DNA of 64,000 nt from Scenedesmus sp. PABB004 (taxonomy: Eukaryota): positions 186,001-250,000 of the forward strand of contig JABVCE010000023.1 in NCBI GenBank assembly GCA_014905635.1. Direction: 5' to 3'. Both the position numbers and the translations under genes were made by a program. Positions 33,808 to 44,857 of the stretch are shown one piece after another. The notes under the pieces are model-generated. The model was not told the origin of the DNA, searched no databases, and saw only the letters and a program-made list of their open reading frames with translations. The first letter of the stretch is position 1. Each line of letters begins with the position of its first letter.

Positions 33808-36800
33808 TCACCGACCACCCGCCCCCGCGCCCGCGTCCGCCTGGCCCGGCAGGCCGCCCGGGAGCGCGCGCCCGCCCGGCAGCGCATTCGGGCCGCCGCG
33901 CGCCGCCGCGTCGGCGCCGCAGTGCAACCGCACCGCGACCAGCGCAAAGTGGAGGGCCGCGAGGTACAGCAGCAGCGCCACGCGCGCCGCGCTCAGCGTG
34001 GCGGGGCCGCGCCCGACCGCGCGCGCGGCGCGCGCCCATGCGCCATCGACGCGCGCCAGCGCGCCCTGCAGCCGCGGGTGCTGCACGCCGCGCCGCGCGG
34101 CCAGCGCGCTGAGCTGACGCAGCGCGCCCAGCTGCAGCCCCGCGCGCGCGCCGCCGACGGCCCCGGCCTCGTGCCCGGCCGGCGCCGCGGCGCGCAGCGC
34201 GCCGCCGACGGTCGTCGCGACCGCGCCCCACGCGCCGCTGAGCGCGGCCGCCGCGCGCTCGACGCTGCCGCCCGCCGGTGCGACCGCGCCGTCGGCGCTG
34301 CTCGGGCCGGCCTCGATGTCGGCGGCGGCGACGCCTCCGGCGCCGGCCGCGGCGCCGCGCTCGCGCCGCACCGCGCCGCCAGCCCTGTCGTCGCTGCCCG
34401 CCGGCGCGGCGCTGGCGGCGTCCGGCCCCAGCGGTGGGGTGTCGAGCGGCACGAGCACCGCCGCGCCCTCGGCAGCGCTGCTGCCGCCGTCGTCGCCGGC
34501 CTGCGGCTTGGGGCTGCGGGCGCTGGCGGCGGCGGCCGCGAGCGCCGCCTCGTAGTGCTGCTGCTGCAGCTGGAGCTGCCCGGCGTAGTGCCCCTCCATC
34601 TCCTCCGCCCGCTGCTGCAGCTGCGCGATCGCCGCCACGTGCGCGGGCGCAGCCTCGGCCCCCGCCGCCGCGGCGGCCAGCTCCCCCGCCTCGCGCAGCT
34701 GCTGCGCCTGCGCCAGCGCAGCGGCCAGCTGCGCCGACTGCGCCGCGAGCTGCTCCTGGTGGCCGTCGGCCGCGGCCTGCGCGTCCGCGGCCAGCGCCCG
34801 TGCTGCCGCCAGGTCCAGCTCCAGCGCCTCGATGCGCAGCTGCTGCGCGGCCAGCGCCTCCCGAGCGTCGGCCGCGCCAGGCCCGGCCACGGCCTCGCCG
34901 GGCTGCGCGGCCGCGGCGGCGTCCTCGTGCGCTGCCGTGAGCTCGCCTTCCAGCGCCTGCCTGTCCGACTGCAGCTTGGTGATCGCCTCGCGCGCGCGCG
35001 CAAGCTTGGCGTGGTCCGCCTGCCGCGCCACCTCCAGCTCCTCCACACGCGCCGCCAGCCCCGCCGCAGCCGCCTCGGCCGCGGCCGCGGCCCCCGCGAG
35101 CTGCTCCCGCGCTGCGACGGCCGCGGCCAGCTCGCCGTCTAGGTCCGAGGCGCGCTGCGCGGCCGGGAGCGCCTGCTGCAGCGCCTGTTGAAGCCGCAGG
35201 TTGCAAGCCTGCAGGGCTTCCAGAGCCTCCGCCTGCTCTTGTGCCAGCGCCGCCGCCGCCGCGTGCTGCTGCGCCTGCGCCTGCGCCGCCTCCAGCGCTG
35301 CAGCCAGGCCGGCTCTGTCCGCCTCGATCGCCTTGCCCTTCTTCACCGCCTGCGGGGACGCGGCCGCAGGGGTGAGCATCGCGCGAGCACCAGCGCTGGC
35401 GTGCGCAGAGCCGCGCGGCGCGCAGCCGCCGCACCCCCGCCCCGCTCACTTTGCGCAGCTTGTCTCGCAGCTCCTCCACCTGCCCCTGCGCCGATGCAAG
35501 CCCCTCCGTCAGCGCAGCGTGCTCCGCACGCAGCGCCTGCGCATCGTCGCCCTCGCTGGCACGCGCTGCCGCCGCTGCCACCGCCGTCTGCGCCAGCTGG
35601 CCCATCGCTGCGGCTTGCTGCTGGGCGACTGCGAGCCCACCCGCCGCGGAGAGCAGCTGCTGCAGCTGGCCCTGCAGCATCGCCAGCTGCTCCACGGCCC
35701 CGTGCACCTGCTGTGCCGCCGCTGCCTCCGCCTGTGCCTGGTGCGCCTGCCACTGCTGCTGAGCGGTCGCCGCGTCCTGCCTGGCCGCCTCCAGCTGCGC
35801 CAGTGCGGCCTGGTGCTGCTCCCGCGCCTGCCGCAGCTGCTGCGCGTCGAGCGCGGCCCGGCGCTCCGCCGCGTCCGCGGCGTCTGCGGCGTCTGCGAGT
35901 GCGCCGCGCGCCTCCGCCAGCGCTGCCTGGTCAGCGTCGCACCGTGCCTGCAGCGCGGCCTGCTGCCGCTGCGCGTCGGCGAGCAGCAGGGCGTCGCGCT
36001 CTCGCTGCGCGTGCGCCGCCATCTGCGCCGCCGCAAGCTGCGTCCGGGCAGCCTCAAGCGCATCGCACGCCTCCTGCAGCTGGCCCAGGTCGCCCCCGCG
36101 CAGCGCCACTTCGAGCTGCTGCTGCAGCTGCTGCACCAGCTGGCCGCCCTCAGTCTCGCCCTCCGCGGCCGCCAGCTGCGCCTGCGCCGCCTCCAGCGCT
36201 GCAGCCAGGCCGGCTCTGTCCGCCTCGATCGCCTTGCCCTTCTTCACCGCCTGCGGGGACGCGGCCGCAGGGGTGAGCATCGCGCGAGCACCAGCGCAGC
36301 GCTGGCGTGCTCAGAGCCGCGCGGCGCGCAGCCGCCGCACCCCCGCCCCGCTCACTTTGCGCAGCTTGTCTCGCAGCTCCTCCACCTGCCCCTGCGCCGA
36401 TGCAAGCCCCTCCGTCAGCGCAGCGCCTGCGCACGCAGCGCCTGCGCATCGTCGCCCTCGCTGGCACGCGCTGCCGCCGCTGCCACCGCCGTCTGCGCCA
36501 GCTGGCCCATCGCTGCGGCTTGCTGCTGGGCGACTGCGAGCCCACCCGCCGCGGAGAGCAGCTGCTGCAGCTGGCCCTGCAGCATCGCCAGCTGCTCCAC
36601 GGCCCCGTGCACCTGCTGTGCCGCCGCTGCCTCCACCTGTGCCTGGTGCGCCTGCCACTGCTGCTGAGCGGTCGCCGCGTCCTGCCTGGCCGCCTCCAGC
36701 TGCGCCAGTGCGGCCTGGTGCTGCTCCCGCGCCTGCCGCAGCTGCTGCGCGTCGAGCGCGGCCCGGCGCTCCGCCGCGTCCGCGGCGTCTGCGGCGTCTG

Positions 36801-39800
36801 CGAGTGCGCCGCGCGCCTCCGCCAGCGCTGCCTGGTCAGCGTCGCACCGTGCCTGCAGCGCGGCCTGCTGCCGCTGCGCGTCGGCGAGCAGCAGGGCGTC
36901 GCGCTCTCGCTGCGCGTGCGCCGCCATCTGCGCCGCCGCAAGCTGCGTCCGGGCAGCCTCAAGCGCATCGCACGCCTCCTGCAGCTGGCCCAGGTCGCCC
37001 CCGCGCAGCGCCACTTCGAGCTGCTGCTGCAGCTGCTGCACCAGCTGGCCGCCCTCAGTCTCGCCCTCCGCGGCCGCCAGCTGCGCCTGCGCCGCCTCCA
37101 GCGCTGCAGCCAGGCCGGCTCTGTCCGCCTCGATCGCCTTGCCCTTCTTCACCGCCTGCGGGGACGCGGCCGCAGGGGTGAGCATCGCGCGAGCACCAGC
37201 GCTGGCGTGCGCAGAGCCGCGCGGCGCGCAGCCGCCGCACCCCCGCCCCGCTCACTTTGCGCAGCTTGTCTCGCAGCTCCTCCACCTGCCCCTGCGCCGA
37301 TGCAAGCCCCTCCGTCAGCGCAGCGTGCTCCGCACGCAGCGCCTGCGCATCGTCGCCCTCGCTGGCACGCGCTGCCGCCGCTGCCACCGCCGTCTGCGCC
37401 AGCTGGCCCATCGCTGCGGCTTGCTGCTGGGCGACTGCGAGCCCACCCGCCGCGGAGAGCAGCTGCTGCAGCTGGCCCTGCAGCATCGCCAGCTGCTCCA
37501 CGGCCCCGTGCACCTGCTGTGCCGCCGCTGCCTCCGCCTGTGCCTGGTGCGCCTGCCACTGCTGCTGAGCGGTCGCCGCGTCCTGCCTGGCCGCCTCCAG
37601 CTGCGCCAGTGCGGCCTGGTGCTGCTCCCGCGCCTGCCGCAGCTGCTGCGCGTCGAGCGCGGCCCGGCGCTCCGCCGCGTCCGCGGCGTCTGCGGCGTCT
37701 GCGAGTGCGCCGCGCGCCTCCGCCAGCGCTGCCTGGTCAGCGTCGCACCGTGCCTGCAGCGCGGCCTGCTGCCGCTGCGCGTCGGCGAGCAGCAGGGCGT
37801 CGCGCTCTCGCTGCGCGTGCGCCGCCATCTGCGCCGCCGCAAGCTGCGTCCGGGCAGCCTCAAGCGCATCGCACGCCTCCTGCAGCTGGCCCAGGTCGCC
37901 CCCGCGCAGCGCCACTTCGAGCTGCTGCTGCAGCTGCTGCACCAGCTGGCCGCCCTCAGTCTCGCCCTCCGCGGCCGCCAGCTGCGCCTGCGCCGCCTCC
38001 AGCGCTGCAGCCAGGCCGGCTCTGTCCGCCTCGATCGCCTTGCCCTTCTTCACCGCCTGCGGGGACGCGGCCGCAGGGGTGAGCATCGCGCGAGCACCAG
38101 CGCAGCGCTGGCGTGCGCAGAGCCGCGCGGCGCGCAGCCGCCGCACCCCCGCCCCGCTCACTTTGCGCAGCTTGTCTCGCAGCTCCTCCACCTGCCCCTG
38201 CGCCGATGCAAGCCCCTCCGTCAGCGCAGCGTGCTCCGCACGCAGCGCCTGCGCATCGTCGCCCTCGCTGGCACGCGCTGCCGCCGCTGCCACCGCCGTC
38301 TGCGCCAGCTGGCCCATCGCTGCGGCTTGCTGCTGGGCGACTGCGAGCCCACCCGCCGCGGAGAGCAGCTGCTGCAGCTGGCCCTGCAGCATCGCCAGCT
38401 GCTCCACGGCCCCGTGCACCTGCTGTGCCGCCGCTGCCTCCACCTGTGCCTGGTGCGCCTGCCACTGCTGCTGAGCGGTCGCCGCGTCCTGCCTGGCCGC
38501 CTCCAGCTGCGCCAGTGCGGCCTGGTGCTGCTCCCGCGCCTGCCGCAGCTGCTGCGCGTCGAGCGCGGCCCGGCGCTCCGCCGCGTCCGCGGCGTCTGCG
38601 GCGTCTGCGAGTGCGCCGCGCGCCTCCGCCAGCGCTGCCTGGTCAGCGTCGCACCGTGCCTGCAGCGCGGCCTGCTGCCGCTGCGCGTCGGCGAGCAGCA
38701 GGGCGTCGCGCTCTCGCTGCGCGTGCGCCGCCATCTGCGCCGCCGCAAGCTGCGTCCGGGCAGCCTCAAGCGCATCGCACGCCTCCTGCAGCTGGCCCAG
38801 GTCGCCCCCGCGCAGCGCCACTTCGAGCTGCTGCTGCAGCTGCTGCACCAGCTGGCCGCCCTCAGTCTCGCCCTCCGCGGCCGCCAGCTGCGCCTGCGCC
38901 GCCTCCAGCGCTGCAGCCAGGCCGGCTCTGTCCGCCTCGATCGCCTTGCCCTTCTTCACCGCCTGCGGGGACGCGGCCGCAGGGGTGAGCATCGCGCGAG
39001 CACCAGCGCTGGCGTGCGCAGAGCCGCGCGGCGCGCAGCCGCCGCACCCCCGCCCCGCTCACTTTGCGCAGCTTGTCTCGCAGCTCCTCCACCTGCCCCT
39101 GCGCCGATGCAAGCCCCTCGGCCAGCGCCGCGTCGGCGGCGGCCGCCGCCTCGGCGCGCGCGGCCTCGGCGGCTGCCGCGGCGCCCGCCGCCGCGGCGTG
39201 CTCGCACCGCGCCGCGCTCAGCGCCGCGCTGAGCTGCTCCACCTCCTGCCTGTGCTGCGCCGCGGCCGCCTGCAGCTGCTGCCGGGCGCCCGCAAGCTCC
39301 GCGCCCGCCTCATCCGCCTGCTGCCTCACCGCCGCCAGCGCCGCCTCCGTGGCCGCCGCTCGGCCGTGCAGTCCCGCGGCTTCCTGGCTGGCCGCAGCTG
39401 CGGCGGTCGACGCAGCCTCCTCCAGCTCGCCCTGCTTTGCCACAAGCGCTGCGCTGTGTGCGGCCAGCTGCTCGCGCAGCTCGCGCAGCGCTTCCACAGC
39501 TCCAGCCAGCTGCTCCGCCTCGCCGGCGGCGCAGGCGGCGTCTGCCGTCATCCGTCGCACGCACAGCTGCAGCAGCTCGCAGCCCTCCTGCAGGCTGCTC
39601 TGCGCCCCGGCCGCCTCGACCGTACGGCCGGCTGCTGCGAGCGGCCCGAGTGCCGCCGCCAGCTCGTTCGCCACGGCCGCAACCTGCTCCGCCTCACCAG
39701 CAGCGGTCTCGGCTTGCGCGGCCAACGCCTCCACCAGCTGGGCCTGCGCCGCCGCCGCCTCGGACAGCGCCGCGTCGGCAGCCGTCGCTGCCTCGCGCAG

Positions 39801-41645
39801 CGCCGCGTCGGCGGCCGCCGCCGCCTCGGCGCGCGCGGCCTCGGCGGCTGCCTCGGCGCGCGCCGCCGCGGCGCGCTCGCGCCGCGCCGCGCTCGCGCCG
39901 CGCTCGCGCCGCGCCGCGCTCAGCGCGACCTGCAGCAGGCGCCGCTCGTCCGCTGCGGCGGCTGCCTGCTCGTCGAGCTGCCGCGCCTGCACCGCAATCT
40001 TGGCGTTGAGGCCCTCAACCTCGGCCGCGACCGCGGCCTTGGACTCCGCCACCGCCCGCCGCATCTCTGCAAAGTCGGACTGGAACGTGCCAGCCACCGA
40101 CCGCAGCGCCTCCTTCTCGCGCTGGCAGGCGGCGCCGGCGGCCTCCTGAGCTGCTGCCACAGCCGCTGCCGCCGCCGCCGCCGCCGCTGCTGCCTGGGCG
40201 GCCTCGTGCTGCCCCGTGGCCGCAGCCAGCTGCGTGGCGACCTGCGCCAGGGCCGCGTCACGCGCGGCCACGGCCTCCCGCTCGGCCGCCAGCTGCACAC
40301 GCGCGGCGGCCAGCTGCGCCTGCATCTCTTCAAACTGGGCCCCCGCCCCCCTGGCCGCCTCGGCTCGCGCGGCCAGCGCCTCCACCAGCTGGGCCTGCGC
40401 TGCCGCCGCCTCGCGCAGCGCCGCGTCGGCGGCGGCCGCCGCCTCGGCGCGCGCGGCCTCGGCGGCTGCCACGGCGCGCGCCGCCGCCGCGCGCTCGCGC
40501 CGCTCAAACTCGAGCGCCGAACTGGCCCGCTCCAGCTGCTCGGCGGCCTCGCTCGCGGCCGCCGCAGCGGCCGCGCGCGCCTGGTCCAGCTGTGCCCGCA
40601 GCGCCGTGCTGGCCCGCTCCAGCTCCTGCTCCTGCTCCTGCTGCTGCTGCTGCTGGCCGCTCGAGGGTGGCGCGCCCTCGCGCGACAGGGCGCATGCGGC
40701 GCCCCCGTCTCGGCCCGAGGAGCCCTCGGCGGGGCGCTTGAGGGGAGAGCTGCGGCCCAGCAGCGACGCCGCCGACGCGGCCGCCACGACGACCAGGGCC
40801 TCGCCGAGCTGCTGCGACATGGCCGCCTCGCGCTGCTTGCTGCTCTTAAGCGCAGCTGCGCTCTCCGCCAGCTCGCTGTCCTTGGCCCGGATCTGCGGCG
40901 CGCGCGCAGGCGGCGGCGTGCGCGTGAGCGCGGCCCCGCGCTGCGCCGCGTCCGCGCACCGGCGCCTGCGGAGGGCGCCCACCTGCGACAGCAGGCCGCC
41001 CAGCAGCTCTTCTCGCTCGATGGCCAAAGCCTCCAGCTTGCGCACAAAATCCTCGTCGCGCGCCGCAGCTGGCGACTCGCCCGCGCGGCACGCGGCCGCG
41101 GCGAGCTGCCGCTGCAGCTCCGCCACCTGCTCCCGCAGCCGCCTGTCCGGGCTGGCCCCGGGCTCGGGCTCGGCTCTGGCGGCTCCGGCCTGCCGGGGCG
41201 CGGCGCGGCGCGGCGCGGCGCGGCGTGGCGCGGCGGGGTGGGCGCGTGTGCTCAGCTGCGGCGCCGGCGCACAGCGCCCCGAGCTGCCGGCGCGCGCACG
41301 CCCCGAGCTGCCCGTGGCGCCGCCGGCAGCTCACCGCTGCAGCATCATGCGCTCTGGGCTGCGCTGCGTGACCGGTCGGGGCGCGGGCGCGGCAGCACCG
41401 CTGCCGCCGCCGGCATCGCCGGCGGCCGCTGCGCCGGCGCTGCGCGCGCCGGGGGAGCCCTTGCTGGGGCTGCCCGCCTGCTGGCGCTGGCGCGCCTTGT
41501 ACTCTTCAAACTGCGCCGGCGCACGCGCAGGGCGCGCTCGCGGCGGCGACAGCGGCGCCCGTGCTGCCGCCGCCGCCGCGGCGCCGCCGCGCACCTTCTG
41601 CTGCCCCTTCGACCGCCGGGGCGTGCGCTCGCCGCCGCCGTTCAT
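33808..41645 (-). CDS. Large tail-anchored golgin-like coiled-coil protein (golgin-84/CASP/giantin-type TM); apparent frameshift near 36426
   Basis: N-terminus MNGGGERTPRRSKGQQK|FEEYKARQRQQ, about 2000 aa of A/Q/E heptads, and a C-terminal TM ARVALLLYLAALHFALVAV carrying the Tyr and His characteristic of golgin-84/CASP/giantin TMDs. Confidence 0.75.
35275..39119. repeat. Intragenic tandem repeat, about 4.25 x 901-906 bp (exon + intron)
   Basis: The anchor CGCCGCCTCCAGCGCTGCAGCCAGGCCGG recurs near 35284, 36185, 37090, 37991 and 38897. Confidence 0.97.
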
Positions 41646-42036
41646 CAGAACGGCGGGCGGCGCAGCAGAACGGCGACGCTGCGGGGTGGCGACGGCGCTG
41701 GCTGCGCGGGCGTGCGCGCTTACACACACGGCCAGCTGCCCACACAGGCCGCGGCGCCGGCGCGCGGGGTGGATTCTCCTGCAGCGAGCGCAGGGGGCGG
41801 GCGGCCCCCCAGCTGCGGCGCGGCGGCGGCTCGATTTTTCGACGCACTCAACCGCCGCCCGCCGCGAGCGCGCGCGCACGCGGCGGCGCCGCCGCAGCTG
41901 CGCCCGCCAGAGCGCCCCCCGCCCCACGTTCCCGGCGCGCTGGTGCCGGCGGACGCGCGCCCCTGCGGCCGACGGAGGCGTCCGCGGGCCATCGCCAGGC
42001 GCCCCGGCCGCTGCGGCGCGCCGCCCGCCTGGAGCC

Positions 42037-44821
42037 ATGAGCTCCGAGGGGGGCGGGCTCTTGAGCTCGCTCCTGGCGACGCCAGGAAAGCTGCTGCGCC
42101 TCGCCCGGACGCCGGCAGCAGCGCGCACGCCGGCCGCGCCCTCTGGTGCGTCCCTGCGCCCGCGCCGGCCCGCGCCGGCCGCCCTGATCTGTGGCGGCCA
42201 TCCTAAGCCACCGCTCGCGCGCGCGCCGCAGGCGACGCGGGCAGCGAGGCGGCCGGCGAGCGCGAGGGCAGCGGCCCGCCATCAACGGCGGCCAAGCGGC
42301 CGAGCCTCAGCCCCCAGGCCCCCGCGGCGCCGGAGGTGGGTCCACGCCCTCGCGGCGCGGCGGCCCGCGCGCGATCAGCAGCTGATCAGCGCCGCCCGCC
42401 GCCCGGCGCCCCGCGCGCAGGCGCCGCCGCCGCAGCCCGCGTCGAGCGCCGCCTCGCCGGCGAGCGGGCTGCAGCAGACGCTGCTGCAGCAGACCGCGGG
42501 CTGGGACAGCGCGAAGCACGCCGCGCTCGAGCGCTTCTTCGCGCGCCCCGCGCGGCGGCGGCGCCGGCGGCGGCGCCGCCGCCGCGGCCGGGCCGCCCAC
42601 CGCGGTGCTTGGCGCGTTTTTCGACATCATCAAGCACCCGCCCCCGGGCGCCGCCGGTGGCGCGGGCGCGCGCGGCGAGGCGCAGGCGGAGAGCGGGCCG
42701 GTGCGGCACGCGCAGCGGTCGAGCCGGTATAACCCGTACGCTCGCCCGCCCAGCCGCACAGGCGCGGGGCAGATCAACAGGTGCGGCGGCGGCCGCGGCC
42801 GCGGCCGCGGCCGCGGCGGCGGCAGGAGGGACGAGGGGGCGGCGCGTGCCGCGCGCGGGGCCCGCTCGCGCGCGCGCCGACGCCGCCGCCGCGCCGCCCC
42901 GACCGCCGCGCGCTCGCAGCGCCGCCCCGCTGTACAGCAGCGCGGGCCGCAGCCGGCCGCTGACGCCCATGCCGCTCAACGGCGCCAAGCCGCCCGGCCC
43001 GCTCGCGGCGCTGCTGGCGCCGCCCGCCGGCGGCGGGCGGCAGGACGCGGCGCCCGGGGGGCGCACCGGCGTGTTTGGTGTGAGCGCGCCGGCCGCGGAC
43101 GGCCCGGCGGCGCCGCCCGTCAGCATGTTTGGCAGCGCCGGCGCGGACGAGGCAGCGGGCGGCGCGCCGCTGTTCCCCGGCCTCCCGCGCGGCGGCGCCG
43201 GCTCCGGCAGCGCGGCGTTCACGGCGCGCCCCGCGCGCGCCTCGCTCACGGGCTTCGGCACCGGCGGCCGAGGCCTGCTGGGCGGCGGCGGCAGCGCGCC
43301 CGGGTCGAGCAGCGACCTGCCGGGCCTGCTCGCGGCGGGGCCGCCCGCCGCGCAGCGCCCCGTGCTGGGCCTGCCGCGCGTTAAGCCGCCCGCGCGGGCG
43401 CCGCTCATGGGCACCAAGCGCGGCGCCGGCGGTGGCGGACTGCGCGGCGGCGACGGCGGCGCCGCCGCCGCGGGCGGCGGCGCGCTGCGGCCGATGCGCA
43501 ACACGCCGCTGCGCATCAGCTACCCCACGCCGGGCAGCAAGCGCGGCTCGGAGGGCCAGGCCCCCGACGTGCTCGACCTGGCGGCCGGCGGCGGCGCGGG
43601 CCACAAGCGGCTCCGCCTGGCCGGCACGCCTGGGCTGCGCGCGATGGCGGGGCTCGGCACGCCCAGCACCGCCTCGCCCGGCTCCGCCGGCGGCCGCTCG
43701 CGCTCGGGCAGCGTCGGCGGCGGCGAGGACGCCGCGGGCGCGGCGGCGCGCGACCAGCAGCGCGCGCGCGCATCGGCGCTCGGCGGCGACGACGGCATGG
43801 ACGAGGACGGCGTGCCCGTCGTGGTGGCCACGAGTGTGGCTGAGACGATCATGCACACGATGCGACGCCTCGAGAACGTGAGGCCACCTGCGCGCGCCCG
43901 CCGCGCGCGCGCCAGCCAGCGCAGGGGCGGGGCCCCGCGCGCCCGCCCGCCCGACCCGCGCGCGCCCGACCCGCGCCGCAGGGCGGCCCGCTCGCGCGCT
44001 CGGCGCAGCGGCAGAGCACGCCGAGCTTTGCGCCGCCGCCGCTGGACCGCCTGGACGGCGGCGAGCTGCGCACGCAGCTGTTCGCGACGCCGGGCCCCCC
44101 GGCCGCGCAGCAGCGCGGCGACGGCGCGGCGGGCGGCTTCGGAACGCCGATTGGGGGCGGCCTGGACGCGGCGGGCGCCACGCCCGGCGGCTGGGTGACG
44201 CCCGGCATCGCAGGTGCGCCTGCTCCGCCGCTCGGGAGGGCAGGGGGGGCTGCTGCCCGCGCCGGCGCCGTGCGGCCGTGCCGTGCCTGACGGCCGACGG
44301 CCGCCGCGCCCTCCGCACGTCCGCACCGCAGACCTGACGCCCGGCGGCGTGGTCGGCCCGCCCGGCACGACGCCTTGGGCGCGCAAGCCCGGCGCCGGCG
44401 GCGCCGTGGAGCAGCCCGCCGCGCCGGGGTCAATCCCCAAGAACCGCAACGTCGGCAGCTTCTTCACGCCGCCGCCGGCGCCCGACGCGGCCGGCGACGC
44501 GGCCGGCGTGCCGCACGTGTCGCCGATCACGCCGTGGGGCGGCGCCGGCGCGTTTGGCACGCCCGCGGCGACGCCGGCGCCCGCGTGGGGCGCGAGCGGC
44601 GGCAAGGGCGGCGCCGACGAGTCTGCCGCCGCGCCGCGCCCGGCCAACGGCCGGCTGCCGGAGTTTGCGTTTGGCGGGGCGCGCGACTCGGCGCGGGACC
44701 AGGCGGTCGCGCGCGCCACCGCGCGTGCCAGCAAGGAGGCCGTCGACGCGGTGCGCGTGCCGGCCTTCAGCTTTGCGCCGCCCCGGGTCGTGGAGCTGCT
44801 GGCGCCGGCGGCGCCGCAGCC

Positions 44822-44857
<36 letters not shown>

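Noticed and set aside
30090..39119. Long repeats as CRISPR arrays or transposons
   Set aside because: The units are 672 and ~900 bp of coding exon plus intron, with no spacers, terminal repeats or transposase/RT motifs.
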